Assembly (NCBI GenBank): GCA_020722945.1
Contig: DYJV01000001.1
Coordinates: forward strand, 15,520 to 79,519
DNA from: Candidatus Methylomirabilis sp.
GTDB taxonomy: Bacteria > DYJV01
Direction of reading: 5' to 3'
Length of the DNA stretch: 64,000 nt
Position numbers and translations under genes: made by a program
Shown: one piece after another, positions 28,703 to 39,481 of the stretch
Layout: each line of letters opens with the position of its first letter
Numbering within the stretch: the stretch's first letter is position 1
The notes under the pieces: model-generated
Told to the model about the DNA's origin: nothing
Seen by the model: only the letters and a program-made list of their open reading frames with translations
Databases searched by the model: none

Positions 28703-29755
28703 TTATCCTAATATTATTTTTGCTATTTTATCGTAATTTGCCTCTACTGTAAGAGGTTTGTCAGATATTTTAATTGCGTTGTCAGGGTCTTTTAACCCAT
28801 GACCTGTAAGAGTGCAAACGATAGTCTCTCCTCCATTAAAAAATTTCTTTGATGAGAGTTTTAGTAGGCCTGCAATGGTTGCAGCACTTGCTGGTTCACA
28901 AAATACGCCCTCTTTTTCTGCAATTAATTTGTAAGCTGATAAAATTTCCTCGTCAGAAACCATATCTATTAGACCATTAGAATCATCTCTTGCTTTTTCT
29001 GCTTGATGCCAGCTTGCAGGATTACCTATTCTTATTGCTGTTGCTACAGTTTCTGGATTGTCTATTTTGTAACCTCTCACAATAGGTGCAGAACCTTCTG
29101 CCTGAAAGCCTAACATTTTTGGTAGATTTACAGAGAGTTTCTCTTTAAAATATTCGGTGTAGCCCATCCAATAAGCCGTTATATTTCCTGCATTACCGAC
29201 AGGGAGGCAGTGATAATCTGGTGCTTTGCCAAGTGCATCTACTATTTCAAAAGCTGCTGTTTTCTGACCTTGTAATCTGTATGGATTTATTGAATTTACT
29301 ATTGTTATTGGTGATTTTTCACCTATTTCTCTAACGAGATTTAATGCTTCATCAAAATTCCCTTTGACCTGAATAACTTTTGCCCCATGCATCATTGCTT
29401 GAGATAATTTACCAAGAGCTATTTTGCCTTCAGGTATTAGAACAAACGCTTTCAATCCAGCTCTTGAAGCGTAAGCTGATGCTGATGCAGAGGTATTACC
29501 AGTGGATGCACATATAACAGCTTTTGAGCCATTTTCAAGTGCATTTGTTACAGCCATTGTCATTCCACGATCTTTAAAAGATCCGGTAGGATTTAACCCC
29601 TCGTATTTGAAGTATAGCTCTATATTTTCCCCTATCATTTCATTTATATATTTAGCTTTAATGAGTGGAGTATTCCCCTCATTAAGGGTAACAATTTTAC
29701 TCTCATCTTTTATCGGTAAAAATTTTTTATACTGTTTAATTAATCCTTCCCACAT
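28703..29755 (-). CDS. thrC: Threonine synthase
   Basis: PLP-lysine motif [36 protein letters not shown] and a 350-aa length typical of short ThrC. Confidence 0.9.
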   Translation of the reverse strand: MWEGLIKQYKKFLPIKDESKIVTLNEGNTPLIKAKYINEMIGENIELYFKYEGLNPTGSFKDRGMTMAVTNALENGSKAVICASTGNTSASASAYASRAGLKAFVLIPEGKIALGKLSQAMMHGAKVIQVKGNFDEALNLVREIGEKSPITIVNSINPYRLQGQKTAAFEIVDALGKAPDYHCLPVGNAGNITAYWMGYTEYFKEKLSVNLPKMLGFQAEGSAPIVRGYKIDNPETVATAIRIGNPASWHQAEKARDDSNGLIDMVSDEEILSAYKLIAEKEGVFCEPASAATIAGLLKLSSKKFFNGGETIVCTLTGHGLKDPDNAIKISDKPLTVEANYDKIAKIILG

Positions 29756-29825
29756 ATTCCGCTCCTTTTTTTTAATAATCCTCTCTTAAAAAGAGATGGT
29801 TTGATATTTAAATTTTTTATGATTT

Positions 29826-30368
29826 TTAAATTAGTTCACTCTTTTTGAAAATTGAGAAGATTTTGTAACCCTCTTTTTCGATATTTTCAAGTCCACCCTC
29901 CTCTCTATCAACAAGAACAACTATTAATCCTATTTTGTAACCCTCTTCCTCTACTATTTTGGCTGCTTTTAGTATTGATCCACCTGTAGTTATTACATCT
30001 TCAACTATTGCAACAACATTACCCTTTTTTAAGTTTTTATCCCCTTCAATCCAAAGTTTCTTCCCATGTCCTTTAGGTTCTTTCCTCACAATAAAAGCAT
30101 TTATAGGGGATTGTTCGAGATAGCTTACTAATGCAACTGAAGTAGCAATGGGGTCGGCTCCAAGTGTAGGTCCACCTACAGCAGTTATTTGTGGGGTAAA
30201 ATTTTTTATGATATCAAACATCAATTTCCCTGTAAGATACCCACCTTCAGCATTTAATGTAGTTTGCTTGCCATCAAAATAAAAGTTGCTCTTTCTACCT
30301 GAAACAAGGGTAATTTCTCTATTTTCATAAGATAGTTCCATTATAATTTTTTTTAGTCTCTCTCTCAT
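29826..30368 (-). CDS. pyrE: Orotate phosphoribosyltransferase
   Basis: PRPP-binding motif VVAIVEDVITTGGS, with N-terminal FYFDGKQTTL and a GGPTLGADPIA region. 180 aa. Confidence 0.85.
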   Translation of the reverse strand: MRERLKKIIMELSYENREITLVSGRKSNFYFDGKQTTLNAEGGYLTGKLMFDIIKNFTPQITAVGGPTLGADPIATSVALVSYLEQSPINAFIVRKEPKGHGKKLWIEGDKNLKKGNVVAIVEDVITTGGSILKAAKIVEEEGYKIGLIVVLVDREEGGLENIEKEGYKIFSIFKKSELI

Positions 30369-30428
30369 TGCTGCTCCTTAATTTTAATATTGTAAAATTT
30401 TTATCTTTTAAATTATTTTAAAAAATAA

Positions 30429-31469
30429 TCAGGTGATTTTAAATTTTTCTCTCAAATGGTTAGAGAAAAGTTTATTTAACTCAAAGACACGTAAAGCATC
30501 GTCCTCTTTCATTGACCCTGTACCACAGCTTGGAGTAATAAAAGATTGTTTAAATAACTCCTCTCTGTCAAGACCTTTTTTGGAAAGTTGTGAAACTGCT
30601 TTATTAAAAATGGTGTCAATTTCGTCGATGGTTATATCTCGTATCTTCTCATTTGTGGGGATAATACCCCAAGCAAGAAATCCACCATTTTGAATGAAAT
30701 TTTTGATATCATCTCCATATAGTAAAAAATTATCCATATACAGAAAAGCGTCAAAATTTATAATGTTGACATTACTTTTTAAAATCAATGACCAATCAGT
30801 ATTCCCACAGCAATGAATCCCTGATAATCCTGAAATTTTGCTAAAACATCTGTTAAAAATATCGATGATAATATCTTCAGGCATATTAAAGAAAGCTGAC
30901 CCGTATGAAACCATGTAAGGTTCGTCAAAGAAGATTATCATATTTTCACCAAAAAAATCTTCCTGCCACTTACCTTTGATTCCGACGAGCTCGGTGATTA
31001 TATCACGATATTCATCATTGTATATAAGACTCTTCTTCATTTTATCTGTAACAGTAAGCCCAAAGCTTATAGGACCTGTAACATGACCTTTAAGCATCGT
31101 ATATTTTAGCTGGGAGTTATTTAAAATATTTTTTAAAAGGTATAAACATTTTGTAAATGTTTCACTTATTTTAAAAAAATTACTATTTTCATTTAATATA
31201 TTTTCGTAAAAAACCTCTTTTTCTCTGTTTGATACAATATCTGTATCAACAAAAATAGAACCTTTATCTATCGATAAAACTGCACCGGGAAGAGCTTCTG
31301 AGTATTGGATATACATATTCTCATAATTATTTAGATTAGGCATCTGTGGCCAATAAGGGAAAGAAGGGTAGTAAGATATTGCAGTATCACAGCAAAATTG
31401 AGGGGAGGTAAAAGGCATGCTTCCAATTCCGAGTGGGAGGAGATTTGCACTTATAGGACAACTTTTCAT
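30429..31469 (-). CDS. Putative Zn-dependent methyltransferase of the MetE-core / MtaA (URO-D-like TIM barrel) superfamily
   Basis: 346 aa. Candidate Zn ligands are GIHCCGNTDW (His-x-Cys) and ITPSCGTGSM (Cys). The N-terminal PLGIGSMP resembles the MetE-type substrate loop. Assignment is by motif only. Confidence 0.4.
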   Translation of the reverse strand: MKSCPISANLLPLGIGSMPFTSPQFCCDTAISYYPSFPYWPQMPNLNNYENMYIQYSEALPGAVLSIDKGSIFVDTDIVSNREKEVFYENILNENSNFFKISETFTKCLYLLKNILNNSQLKYTMLKGHVTGPISFGLTVTDKMKKSLIYNDEYRDIITELVGIKGKWQEDFFGENMIIFFDEPYMVSYGSAFFNMPEDIIIDIFNRCFSKISGLSGIHCCGNTDWSLILKSNVNIINFDAFLYMDNFLLYGDDIKNFIQNGGFLAWGIIPTNEKIRDITIDEIDTIFNKAVSQLSKKGLDREELFKQSFITPSCGTGSMKEDDALRVFELNKLFSNHLREKFKIT

Positions 31470-31525
31470 ATTTTGTGCTCCTTAAATCTTTTTTAGAGTT
31501 TTTAATTTGAGTTTTTAGTAAAAAA

Positions 31526-33514
31526 TCAGATAAAATTTCTCATATAAATTATTCTGTCCCTTAACTTTGCTGCTTCTTCAAACTCAAGATTATTTGCAGC
31601 TTTTTTCATATTTGCTTCAAGCTCTTTTATAATGGCATTAAGCTTTTTCTTTGGAAGTTTCTCTAAATCCTCAGATTGGTAACTGCTGTCAGGAATATCG
31701 AAATAATCAGTCATATATAATAAATTTACATTTTCAGCAATTTTTTTGTTAATTGTTTGTGGAGTAATACCATTTTCAATATTGTATTTTATCTGTTTGG
31801 CTCTTCTTCTCTCAGTTTCTTTTACTGTGTTCTCTATTGATCTGGTAATAACATCTGCATAAAGAATGGCTCTTCCTTCAGAATTTCTTGCTGTTCTGCC
31901 TATAGTTTGTATAAGTGATGTTTCTGAGCGTAAAAACCCCTCTTTATCAGCATCGAGTATTGCTACAAGTGCAACCTCAGGGATATCAAGCCCTTCTCTC
32001 AACAGATTTATTCCAACTAAAACATCGTAGCTCTTTTTTCTAAGCTCCCGTATTATCTCTATCCTTTGAAGTGTATCTATCTCTGAATGTAGGTAAATTG
32101 CTTTTATCCCCATATCTTTTAAGTAATCGGTAAGATTTTCAGCCATCCTTTTTGTAAGTGTAGTTACGAGGACTCTAAACCCTTTTTCAATAGTTGAATT
32201 TATTTCACCTATTAGGTCATCTATCTGATTTTTAGCTGGTTTTATAACTATTTGAGGGTCAAGTAGCCCAGTTGGTCTAATTATCTGCTCTACTATAAAC
32301 TCAGATGATTTTTTAATTTCATAATCTGAAGGTGTTGCTGATACAAAAATTATCTGATTAATCATATTTTCAAACTCTTCAAACTTCAGGGGTCTATTAT
32401 CAAGAGCACTCGGGAGTCTAAAGCCGTAATCTACAAGTGTCTCTTTTCTTGCCCTATCTCCACGATACATACCGTGGAGTTGAGGAATAGTAACATGGGA
32501 TTCATCTATTACAAGTAGATAATCTTTTGGGAAATAATCGAGAAGGGTGGGAGGTTGTTCACCTGCTTTCCTATTGGTAATGTATCTTGAATAATTTTCT
32601 ATACCTTTGCAGTAACCCATCTCTTGAAGGAATTCAATATCGTAATTACATCTCTGTTCTAACCTTGCTGCTTCTAATATCTTATTTTGAGACCTTAACT
32701 CTTGTAATCTATCTTTTAACTCCTCTTTTATGGCAGAAACAGAATTTTTTAAGGTTAATTCAGTTGCCACATAGTGGGAACTTGGATATATTGCAATTTT
32801 ATCTTTTTTAGTTAATGTCTTGCCTGTGATTGGGTCAAAATTGTATATATTCTCGATGAAATCTCCAAATAAAGTGATCCTGACTGCAATATCTTCTTCA
32901 TATGCAGGGAAAACTTCAATAATATCACCCTTGACTCTAAAAGTCCCTCTATGAAAATCGTATTCACTCCTTTCATATTGAATCTCTATAAGTTTTTTTA
33001 AAATTATTTCACGGCTAATCTCTTTTCCTGTTTCAAGGTGGAGCATCATCCCTGTGTATGCTTCAGGTGAGCCAAGTCCGTAAATACAAGATACACTTGC
33101 TATGATGATAACATCATTTCTTTCAAATAGTGAGTAAGTGGCTCTATGTCTTAACTTATCAATGGTTTCATTCACAGATGTATCTTTTTCTATATAAATA
33201 TCTGTTGTTGGGATGTAGGCCTCTGGTTGGTAGTAATCGTAATAACTTACGAAGTATTCAACTGCATTGTCTGGGAAGAAAGTTTTAAACTCCTCATAAA
33301 GCTGAGCAGCAAGTGTTTTGTTGTGGGTGAGGATTAGGGTTGGTTTGCCTATATTATGAATGACATTGGCTATTGTGAATGTTTTACCTGAGCCTGTGAC
33401 GCCTAAAAGTGTTTGGTATTTGTTATCCTCTTTGAGCCATTTTGTAAGTGAATCTATTGCTTCTCTCTGGTCGCCTTGAGGTTCAAAAGTGCAGGTTAAT
33501 TTGAAATGACTCAT
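31526..33514 (-). CDS. uvrB: Excinuclease ABC subunit B
   Basis: [11 protein letters not shown] Walker A, DESH box ([11 protein letters not shown]), a beta-hairpin region, helicase motifs [15 protein letters not shown] and QTIGRTARN, and a C-terminal UVR domain ([13 protein letters not shown]). Confidence 0.95.
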   Translation of the reverse strand: MSHFKLTCTFEPQGDQREAIDSLTKWLKEDNKYQTLLGVTGSGKTFTIANVIHNIGKPTLILTHNKTLAAQLYEEFKTFFPDNAVEYFVSYYDYYQPEAYIPTTDIYIEKDTSVNETIDKLRHRATYSLFERNDVIIIASVSCIYGLGSPEAYTGMMLHLETGKEISREIILKKLIEIQYERSEYDFHRGTFRVKGDIIEVFPAYEEDIAVRITLFGDFIENIYNFDPITGKTLTKKDKIAIYPSSHYVATELTLKNSVSAIKEELKDRLQELRSQNKILEAARLEQRCNYDIEFLQEMGYCKGIENYSRYITNRKAGEQPPTLLDYFPKDYLLVIDESHVTIPQLHGMYRGDRARKETLVDYGFRLPSALDNRPLKFEEFENMINQIIFVSATPSDYEIKKSSEFIVEQIIRPTGLLDPQIVIKPAKNQIDDLIGEINSTIEKGFRVLVTTLTKRMAENLTDYLKDMGIKAIYLHSEIDTLQRIEIIRELRKKSYDVLVGINLLREGLDIPEVALVAILDADKEGFLRSETSLIQTIGRTARNSEGRAILYADVITRSIENTVKETERRRAKQIKYNIENGITPQTINKKIAENVNLLYMTDYFDIPDSSYQSEDLEKLPKKKLNAIIKELEANMKKAANNLEFEEAAKLRDRIIYMRNFI

Positions 33515-33948
33515 AACTCTTTATCTTTTTTCCTATTCTCTGCTATTGAAGAGATTTCATCAAGGAATTTCTGCTCAATTAACTTTATCTCATTAAGGTA
33601 ATCTTCATATTTTTTAGCTTTCAGGTTCTCTATTATTTTTCTCTCTTTTCTTGCTTTAAAGAGTTCTTTTTCAAGTTGTTTGAGCTGGTTATTTAGAGTT
33701 TGTAGCTCTTTGGTTTGATTGTTGAGAGTCTCGGTTACTCTTACAATGTAGTTATCTATAAGGATTAGCTCTTTGATATTTATGTTTTTCTCTTTACGAG
33801 CTTTAGATGAGGTTATTTGATTTTTTGTTTCTTGAATTTTTAGGATGAGTGCTTCTACTTCACGTTTTTTGAGCTGAAAATTCTTTATTGCTTCATCTTC
33901 TTTTATTTTACGATACTTTAGAATACTTTCAAGTTTAAATTTGAACAT
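33511..33948 (-). CDS. fliJ: FliJ-like coiled-coil protein (flagellar export chaperone family)
   Basis: 145-aa all-helical protein. N-terminal [19 protein letters not shown] and C-terminal [33 protein letters not shown] match the FliJ-family pattern. Its stop overlaps the uvrB start (ATGA). Confidence 0.5.
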   Translation of the reverse strand: MFKFKLESILKYRKIKEDEAIKNFQLKKREVEALILKIQETKNQITSSKARKEKNINIKELILIDNYIVRVTETLNNQTKELQTLNNQLKQLEKELFKARKERKIIENLKAKKYEDYLNEIKLIEQKFLDEISSIAENRKKDKEL

Positions 33949-34090
33949 AAAATTTTCTCAGATTCTTCAAATGGAAAATTAATTTTAAAATATTTTTAAA
34001 TTAATTTTCTACTATATACTCTCAAATTGATTTGTCAACTAAAAAACCTTTAAAAGATATGTTAAATAAATTGATAGGAAGATGTTTGAA

Positions 34091-34108
34091 GAGGGGGGAG
34101 TCCCCCTC
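34091..34108 (-). terminator. GC-rich hairpin immediately downstream of the glutamate synthase operon
   Basis: GAGGGGG-gagt-CCCCCTC: a perfect 7-bp G/C stem with a 4-nt loop, 18 nt past the stop at 34126 and in otherwise AT-rich DNA. The U-tract is weak on the minus strand. Confidence 0.4.
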
Positions 34109-34125
34109 ATATTATATTTTAATAA

Positions 34126-36471
34126 CTAATTGCTTTTCTGATCATACATATTCCAAATTCCACAAGGGCATACATAAGCACAAAAACCACAACCGATACA
34201 TAAATCTTCATTAACGGTATATTCATAAGAGTTACCCTCTTTCTCAACTCTTGTAATTGCATTTTGAAAGCATGTTTGCTCACATATCATGCAATCTCTG
34301 CAATTTCCACAAGACATACATCTATTTGACTCATCTTCAGGAGATACTCCACTATTTTTTGTCCTATCGTAATATTCATATCTAATTTTGCTGTAGTTGA
34401 TAACCTCTCTATCATCCCAATTAAAGTTGTTACCTGAAAGTAGTGAATCTATAAAATATGCAGCTCTTCTCCCTTTCCCTAATGCATCTGTAATAAGCCC
34501 TTGAGAAGTAACATCACCTATTGCAAATATTTTTGGGTCAGATGTCTCACAATTTTTATTAGCTTTGATATAACCTCTGTTGAGTTCCAACATATTTTCA
34601 GGTAAAAATTTTATATCTGGAGTTTCCCCAATAGATATAAATACAACATCAGCATCAAGATATGAGTTATCTTTGAAAAATATTTTTTTCTCGTTTTTAT
34701 CGTATTTTGATGTAAATTTGGGGTATAATATCTCTGTCCCTTTCTCTTTTGCCAACATCTGCTCTTTACCAAAACTAAGTGGTTGCTGAATATCAACTGC
34801 AATTACTTTTTTTGCACCAAGATTGTATGCTTCACAACATATATCCATACCAACATTTCCAGCTCCTATCACAACAACTTTTTTGCCTGTAAGATCTGTA
34901 GGTTTACCTATATTGATACTTTTCAAGAAAACTATCCCGGGTATAACATCCTCATAGCCTTCAAAAGGGATTACTCTTGGGGCGTGAGCACCAGATGCAA
35001 TTACTATTTTATCATAATCTTTATAGATCTTATTAAAAAGATCTCTGTCAATATTAGTGCCTGTTTTTATCTCTACTCCAATACTTCTGAATCGCTCAAT
35101 CTCTTTTTTTAATATCTCCTCAGGGAGTCTATGTTTTGGGATGCATTGATGGATTTTCCCTCCAAGTTGCTCCTCTTTTTCAAAGAGAGTTACTTTGTAA
35201 CCTTCTATTCTGAGTCTCCATGCGGCTGCAATACCTGCAGGTCCACCACCTATTACAGCTACTTTCTGATTTTTATCAGATTTTATTGAAGGTGCAGGTA
35301 AATTTATGCTTAATCTTCCGAGATAAGCTATATCAACAGGTTCATTGAGATGAATACTCCTTGAGCATGCGTCCATACAAGGGTTGGGACACACATAACC
35401 GCAAACAGAGCCGGGAAAAGGTGAATATTCAAGGACAAGTTTTAATGCCTCTTCCTCCTGCCCGTTTCTCAATAACCAAGTTCTCTTCTGTGTTGGAATA
35501 CCTGTAGGGCAGCTGTATGAACATGGAGCGTTGAATTTGTTATTTTCCCATTTTGGAATTTGTCTTCTATTCTCTCCTGTTGCAATAAAGGGTATGACAC
35601 TATTGTCTATGTCGATAAGGTCTGCGAAAATTCCACCTTTACCAACCTCTTTTTCCCATATATTATTTCTAAAATCTGAGATAGGAAGATGTTCTCTCTT
35701 TATTTTTGCTCTATCCTCTGGAGATAGACTTACTACTTTTTTCCAATCATCTATAGATTTTGTCAATTTTCTGTAATATCTTTTCCGATCGATAGCCTCA
35801 AGATAATCTTTCATATTCTCTGTAAGCCATTTCCAATCCTCTTGGTTAAGATTGTCAACTTTAACATCAGAGTAGCTAAACCCTTCAGCTTTCCCTCTGA
35901 AGTAAATTGTCCCTCCAACCATACCAACGCAAGGTCTGTATCCTAAAACGTTATTAGGATTTCTTGGCTCTACTCCACAAACAACAGCTATCCCGCCAGC
36001 TTTGAATTCAGCAAATGAATCCCCCACATCTCTGAAATACCAAGATTGAAGAGGTTCAAACCTTGGATTTCTTTTTGTCATGGTGTCGCATCTTGCTCCG
36101 CCACTCCCTTGAACATATAGTATCCCTTGAGCACCTGCGTTGTGAGCTCCATTACCCACATCTCCAAGAACAGTTATTTTTGCACCACAGTTCATCCAAC
36201 CTGTATCGTCTGAAGCTGAGCTATGAACAACTATCTCTGTGCCAAACATCCCCATGCCTCCAACTCTTTGACCGGGTGAATTAAAAACTTCTACAAGGAT
36301 AGATTTGCCATTTGGTTTGATTCTACCACCAATACCGTGTTGCCCGTCAGCATAAATTTTTAAATGAGTATACCCTTCACCCACTTTTTTCTGGATGTCA
36401 AATTCGAGATCCTTTGAAGCTACTCTCTCAGCATTTATGTTGCCATCTATTTTGATTAATTTTCTTTTCAT
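34126..36471 (-). CDS. Glutamate synthase GXGXG (alpha-subunit domain 3) fused to a GltD-like NAD(P)H/FAD oxidoreductase and a C-terminal 2x[4Fe-4S] ferredoxin domain
   Basis: N-terminal beta-helix motifs (ADGQHGIGGRI, VLGDVGNGAHNAGAQGILYVQGSGGARC). GltD-type Fe-S region (CSYSCPTGIP ... CGYVCPNPCMDAC). FAD fold VAVIGGGPAGIAAA and NAD fold VVVIGAGNVGMD. C-terminal CMSCGNCRDCMICEQTC and CIGCGFCAYVCPC. Confidence 0.8.
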   Translation of the reverse strand: MKRKLIKIDGNINAERVASKDLEFDIQKKVGEGYTHLKIYADGQHGIGGRIKPNGKSILVEVFNSPGQRVGGMGMFGTEIVVHSSASDDTGWMNCGAKITVLGDVGNGAHNAGAQGILYVQGSGGARCDTMTKRNPRFEPLQSWYFRDVGDSFAEFKAGGIAVVCGVEPRNPNNVLGYRPCVGMVGGTIYFRGKAEGFSYSDVKVDNLNQEDWKWLTENMKDYLEAIDRKRYYRKLTKSIDDWKKVVSLSPEDRAKIKREHLPISDFRNNIWEKEVGKGGIFADLIDIDNSVIPFIATGENRRQIPKWENNKFNAPCSYSCPTGIPTQKRTWLLRNGQEEEALKLVLEYSPFPGSVCGYVCPNPCMDACSRSIHLNEPVDIAYLGRLSINLPAPSIKSDKNQKVAVIGGGPAGIAAAWRLRIEGYKVTLFEKEEQLGGKIHQCIPKHRLPEEILKKEIERFRSIGVEIKTGTNIDRDLFNKIYKDYDKIVIASGAHAPRVIPFEGYEDVIPGIVFLKSINIGKPTDLTGKKVVVIGAGNVGMDICCEAYNLGAKKVIAVDIQQPLSFGKEQMLAKEKGTEILYPKFTSKYDKNEKKIFFKDNSYLDADVVFISIGETPDIKFLPENMLELNRGYIKANKNCETSDPKIFAIGDVTSQGLITDALGKGRRAAYFIDSLLSGNNFNWDDREVINYSKIRYEYYDRTKNSGVSPEDESNRCMSCGNCRDCMICEQTCFQNAITRVEKEGNSYEYTVNEDLCIGCGFCAYVCPCGIWNMYDQKSN

Positions 36472-36503
36472 TGTTTACCCCTTCAATTTGTAAGGTTTTA
36501 AAA

Positions 36504-38165
36504 TTAACAGGCGTAGTCTATCTTTAGTCTATCAGCAATAGATTTATCCATTACTGACAATCCGTCACTCATCCCAATAGGAAGTTCAGTGCTTCTACCC
36601 ATAGGTGCAAAAATTTTCTTAAGCTCTATGTTGGCTGATTTGAATATATCTACTACTCTTTCAGCAACCTTTTCTGAATCGAGTCTTTTGTATAATTTGG
36701 GATCTTGAGTTGTAATCCCTTTTGGGCAGAGTCCAAGGTTGCATACATTGCATCTATTCTTCTCATCTCCAAGACACCCTGCTGCTGCCTGCATAATGTA
36801 TTTGCCGATACTTACAGCACTTGCACCGAGCATTATCATTGCAGCTGCATTTGCTGCGAGATTTCCTGTTTTCCCAATACCACCAGCGGCAATAAGTGGT
36901 AATTCATTCTGTTTCCCTGATGCAACAAGATCAAGATAACACTCTCTAAGATTTGAAACAATTGGGTGTCCCATTTTGTCCAGAGAAACATTGTATGCAG
37001 CACCAGTCCCACCATCTTCACCATCGATAGATAGTGCTGCTGCAAAAGGATTTCTTGCAAGGTTATTTAATACTGCTTTGGCGGTCTTTGTGCCAGATAT
37101 CTTAGGATAAACAGGGACCCTGAACCCAAATGCCATGCTCATAGATGTCAGCATTTTTGCAACTGCTTCCTCAATTGAGTATTTTGTCTGATGAGTTGGT
37201 GGAGATGGGAGGTCTACATTCATAGGAACTCCTCTTATTTTTGCTATTAGAGGTAAAACTTTTTGTGCCATTAACAATCCACCATCACCAGGTTTTGCAC
37301 CTTGTCCATACTTAATCTCTATCCCAGCAGGGTCCTCTTTCATATGAGGGATTGCATGTATTATCTCGTCCCACCCGAAATAGCCTGATGCTATCTGTAA
37401 AATCATATACTTTATAAATCTCGATTTTAGTAATCTTGGAGGAGCACCACCCTCCCCTGAACACATTACAACAGGTAGCTTCTCCACTTCGTTCAGATAG
37501 GTAACTCCCATAATTAGTCCCTCCCACATTCTTGGAGAGAGTGCACCCATTGACATAGAGCCTATCATAATTGGGAATATTTCTCTTACAGGTGGAACAA
37601 ATGCAGTATCATCAATAAAGAGAGAGTTATCCTCCTCTTTGCAGAATATTGGAAGTTTCTCTGCTGGCAGAATCCTTCCAATGTAGGATCTTATATTAAA
37701 TTCATGCCTCTGTGCATCAAGTGCAGGATCAGTAAGCATGGATATCCTTGTGAATTTTAATTTATCGAGAGTTGAAACATCGGGGTCGTTTCTTCTACCT
37801 CCCCGTTTGTAAGGTTCTCCATCTTGATTCTTGTGTATCAGAAATTTGTTTGAAGGATTAAACTCAGGAAATATGGCATTATTTGGGCAAACCATATTAC
37901 ACATATTGCATCCGACACAATTTCTGTTTATATCGGTAACTTGTTTTATCCCATGAACAACTTTTTTTACAGTTTGTGGTGTAGGGAATGGTCCTTCGCT
38001 CTCTACTAATCTTTTTACAAAAACAGCAGGCTCTATTGCTTTGACAGGACAAACAGCAGTGCATTTACCGCATCTTGTGCATTTTGAAGAATCCCAATTA
38101 ATTATATATGGTAACTCTTTTAATGAAAGTTTATGGTTGTAGTCTTGCCTAATTTTTGGTTCCAT
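36504..38165 (-). CDS. Glutamate synthase FMN-binding (alpha-subunit domain 2) protein with an N-terminal 2x[4Fe-4S] ferredoxin domain
   Basis: CTRCGKCTAVCP and CVGCNMCNMVCP ferredoxin motifs, then the GltS FMN-domain signature (IEIKYGQGAKPGDGGLL, IDGEDGGTGAA, AAGGIGKTGNLAANAAAMIMLGA). AGGAGA SD. The start lies 46 nt inside the upstream gene. Confidence 0.85.
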   Translation of the reverse strand: MEPKIRQDYNHKLSLKELPYIINWDSSKCTRCGKCTAVCPVKAIEPAVFVKRLVESEGPFPTPQTVKKVVHGIKQVTDINRNCVGCNMCNMVCPNNAIFPEFNPSNKFLIHKNQDGEPYKRGGRRNDPDVSTLDKLKFTRISMLTDPALDAQRHEFNIRSYIGRILPAEKLPIFCKEEDNSLFIDDTAFVPPVREIFPIMIGSMSMGALSPRMWEGLIMGVTYLNEVEKLPVVMCSGEGGAPPRLLKSRFIKYMILQIASGYFGWDEIIHAIPHMKEDPAGIEIKYGQGAKPGDGGLLMAQKVLPLIAKIRGVPMNVDLPSPPTHQTKYSIEEAVAKMLTSMSMAFGFRVPVYPKISGTKTAKAVLNNLARNPFAAALSIDGEDGGTGAAYNVSLDKMGHPIVSNLRECYLDLVASGKQNELPLIAAGGIGKTGNLAANAAAMIMLGASAVSIGKYIMQAAAGCLGDEKNRCNVCNLGLCPKGITTQDPKLYKRLDSEKVAERVVDIFKSANIELKKIFAPMGRSTELPIGMSDGLSVMDKSIADRLKIDYAC

Positions 38166-39268
38166 ATTTTTATCTCCTCTGCTCCTTGTTGAACATAAAT
38201 AAAATCATATTTCATAGGAAAAACATCGTTTTTTATGTCTCTATCTGGTATAGCAGATGTAATTCCACATATTTCAGACATTAATGCAATTTTCCCTCTA
38301 ACACCGCCAACTGCTCCTGGTCTCAGCTTCTTTGAATCTTGAACCATAAATACAGTATTATCTTTATCACATCCTATTATGCAGTTGGGCCCATCGATTG
38401 TGAGCATTCTCAAAGATTTCTTTATTAATTTTAATATTTTGATATCTTTTCTTGTAGATTGCTCAAATTCATGGTCAAACATTGGGGTGATAATATCTTT
38501 GTAATAAATTAGAGGGTATTTTAAAATATTTCTTGAATAGTGCAAGATATGTGCAAAAACTTCACTATCACTATTATAGCCTATATATCCGGGTTGTTTT
38601 CTGCTTGTAAGGAACTCTTTTATAGGTATAAAAGCTGTATTTTCACCATTTGTCATGGTAAAGTATCCTTGTATGAAAAATGGATGGCATGCGTAGAGGT
38701 TTATTGCATAATTTGTATTTTGTCTACCTTGTGCAAAAATTATTTTTGCTTTTAATGAATCTTGTTTGTCAAGACCAAAAAAAGTTCCAACATCAAGGGG
38801 GTCACCTATCTCTTTTAAAGTGATTGTATCTGGCCAAAATGAAAAAACAGTGATTGAACCATCCAATTCACCAATTGCTCTTATTTCGAGCCTTGTTTTG
38901 AGATAAAAATCTTCCTTCTCCTCTTCTGTTTTATCTTTAAAGTAGAGAGGGTAATCGTATACATTGACGATGTAATGCTCTTTCGGGATTATGTCACTTG
39001 AATTTTTTAGGTTGAGATTTGGCTTCCACCTATATTTTATTTGAAAACCTTTTTCATGCATAAAAGCGTTTAGTTTTTCATAACCTACTGCTGTTGCAAT
39101 ACATGAAAGTATAGGGAACCCCTTAAAATCTTCAAAATTGCCTCCAAGATCTCGTAAAACAAGCCCTAATCCTGAAGCATCATGCCCCTCTTTCATTGTC
39201 TCAAGAGCTACAATGTTTTCAAAGGGTGAAAAGTAAGAATTTGAAACAATTGCACTTAACCTGCACAT
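38120..39268 (-). CDS. Glutamate synthase class-II glutamine amidotransferase (alpha-subunit domain 1) protein
   Basis: Starts MCRLSAIVS, with the Ntn-hydrolase Cys at position 2. GHDASGLG motif. First gene of the three-gene split glt operon. Confidence 0.75.
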   Translation of the reverse strand: MCRLSAIVSNSYFSPFENIVALETMKEGHDASGLGLVLRDLGGNFEDFKGFPILSCIATAVGYEKLNAFMHEKGFQIKYRWKPNLNLKNSSDIIPKEHYIVNVYDYPLYFKDKTEEEKEDFYLKTRLEIRAIGELDGSITVFSFWPDTITLKEIGDPLDVGTFFGLDKQDSLKAKIIFAQGRQNTNYAINLYACHPFFIQGYFTMTNGENTAFIPIKEFLTSRKQPGYIGYNSDSEVFAHILHYSRNILKYPLIYYKDIITPMFDHEFEQSTRKDIKILKLIKKSLRMLTIDGPNCIIGCDKDNTVFMVQDSKKLRPGAVGGVRGKIALMSEICGITSAIPDRDIKNDVFPMKYDFIYVQQGAEEIKIWNQKLGKTTTINFH

Positions 39269-39481
39269 TAAATTCTCCTTGCTTTAAGGTTATTTTTAAA
39301 AAATAGGGTAAGATAAAAACAAGCAATAGCCATTCCAAAATTTTTATTAGTTTGTTAATGTGTAAAATTAGTTACTCTGATTATAATTGTAAAGTTAAAG
39401 AAGATCGCATTTTTAAAGTAATTTTTATATTTTTCAATTTAATTTTCAAAGAGCTATCCTGACTAATTTTAAGTTAAATAT

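Noticed and set aside
34032-34214. 60-aa + strand ORF spanning the intergenic hairpin and the 3' end of the GltD-fusion gene
   Set aside because: It overlaps the terminator-like hairpin and a well-supported minus-strand gene. It has no SD and a basic, low-complexity composition.
39321-39336. On the minus strand, GGAATGGCTATTGCTT upstream of the glt operon, as a possible sigma-54 promoter
   Set aside because: The GG and GC elements are separated by only 5 nt instead of 10. The spacing is incompatible with a -24/-12 promoter.
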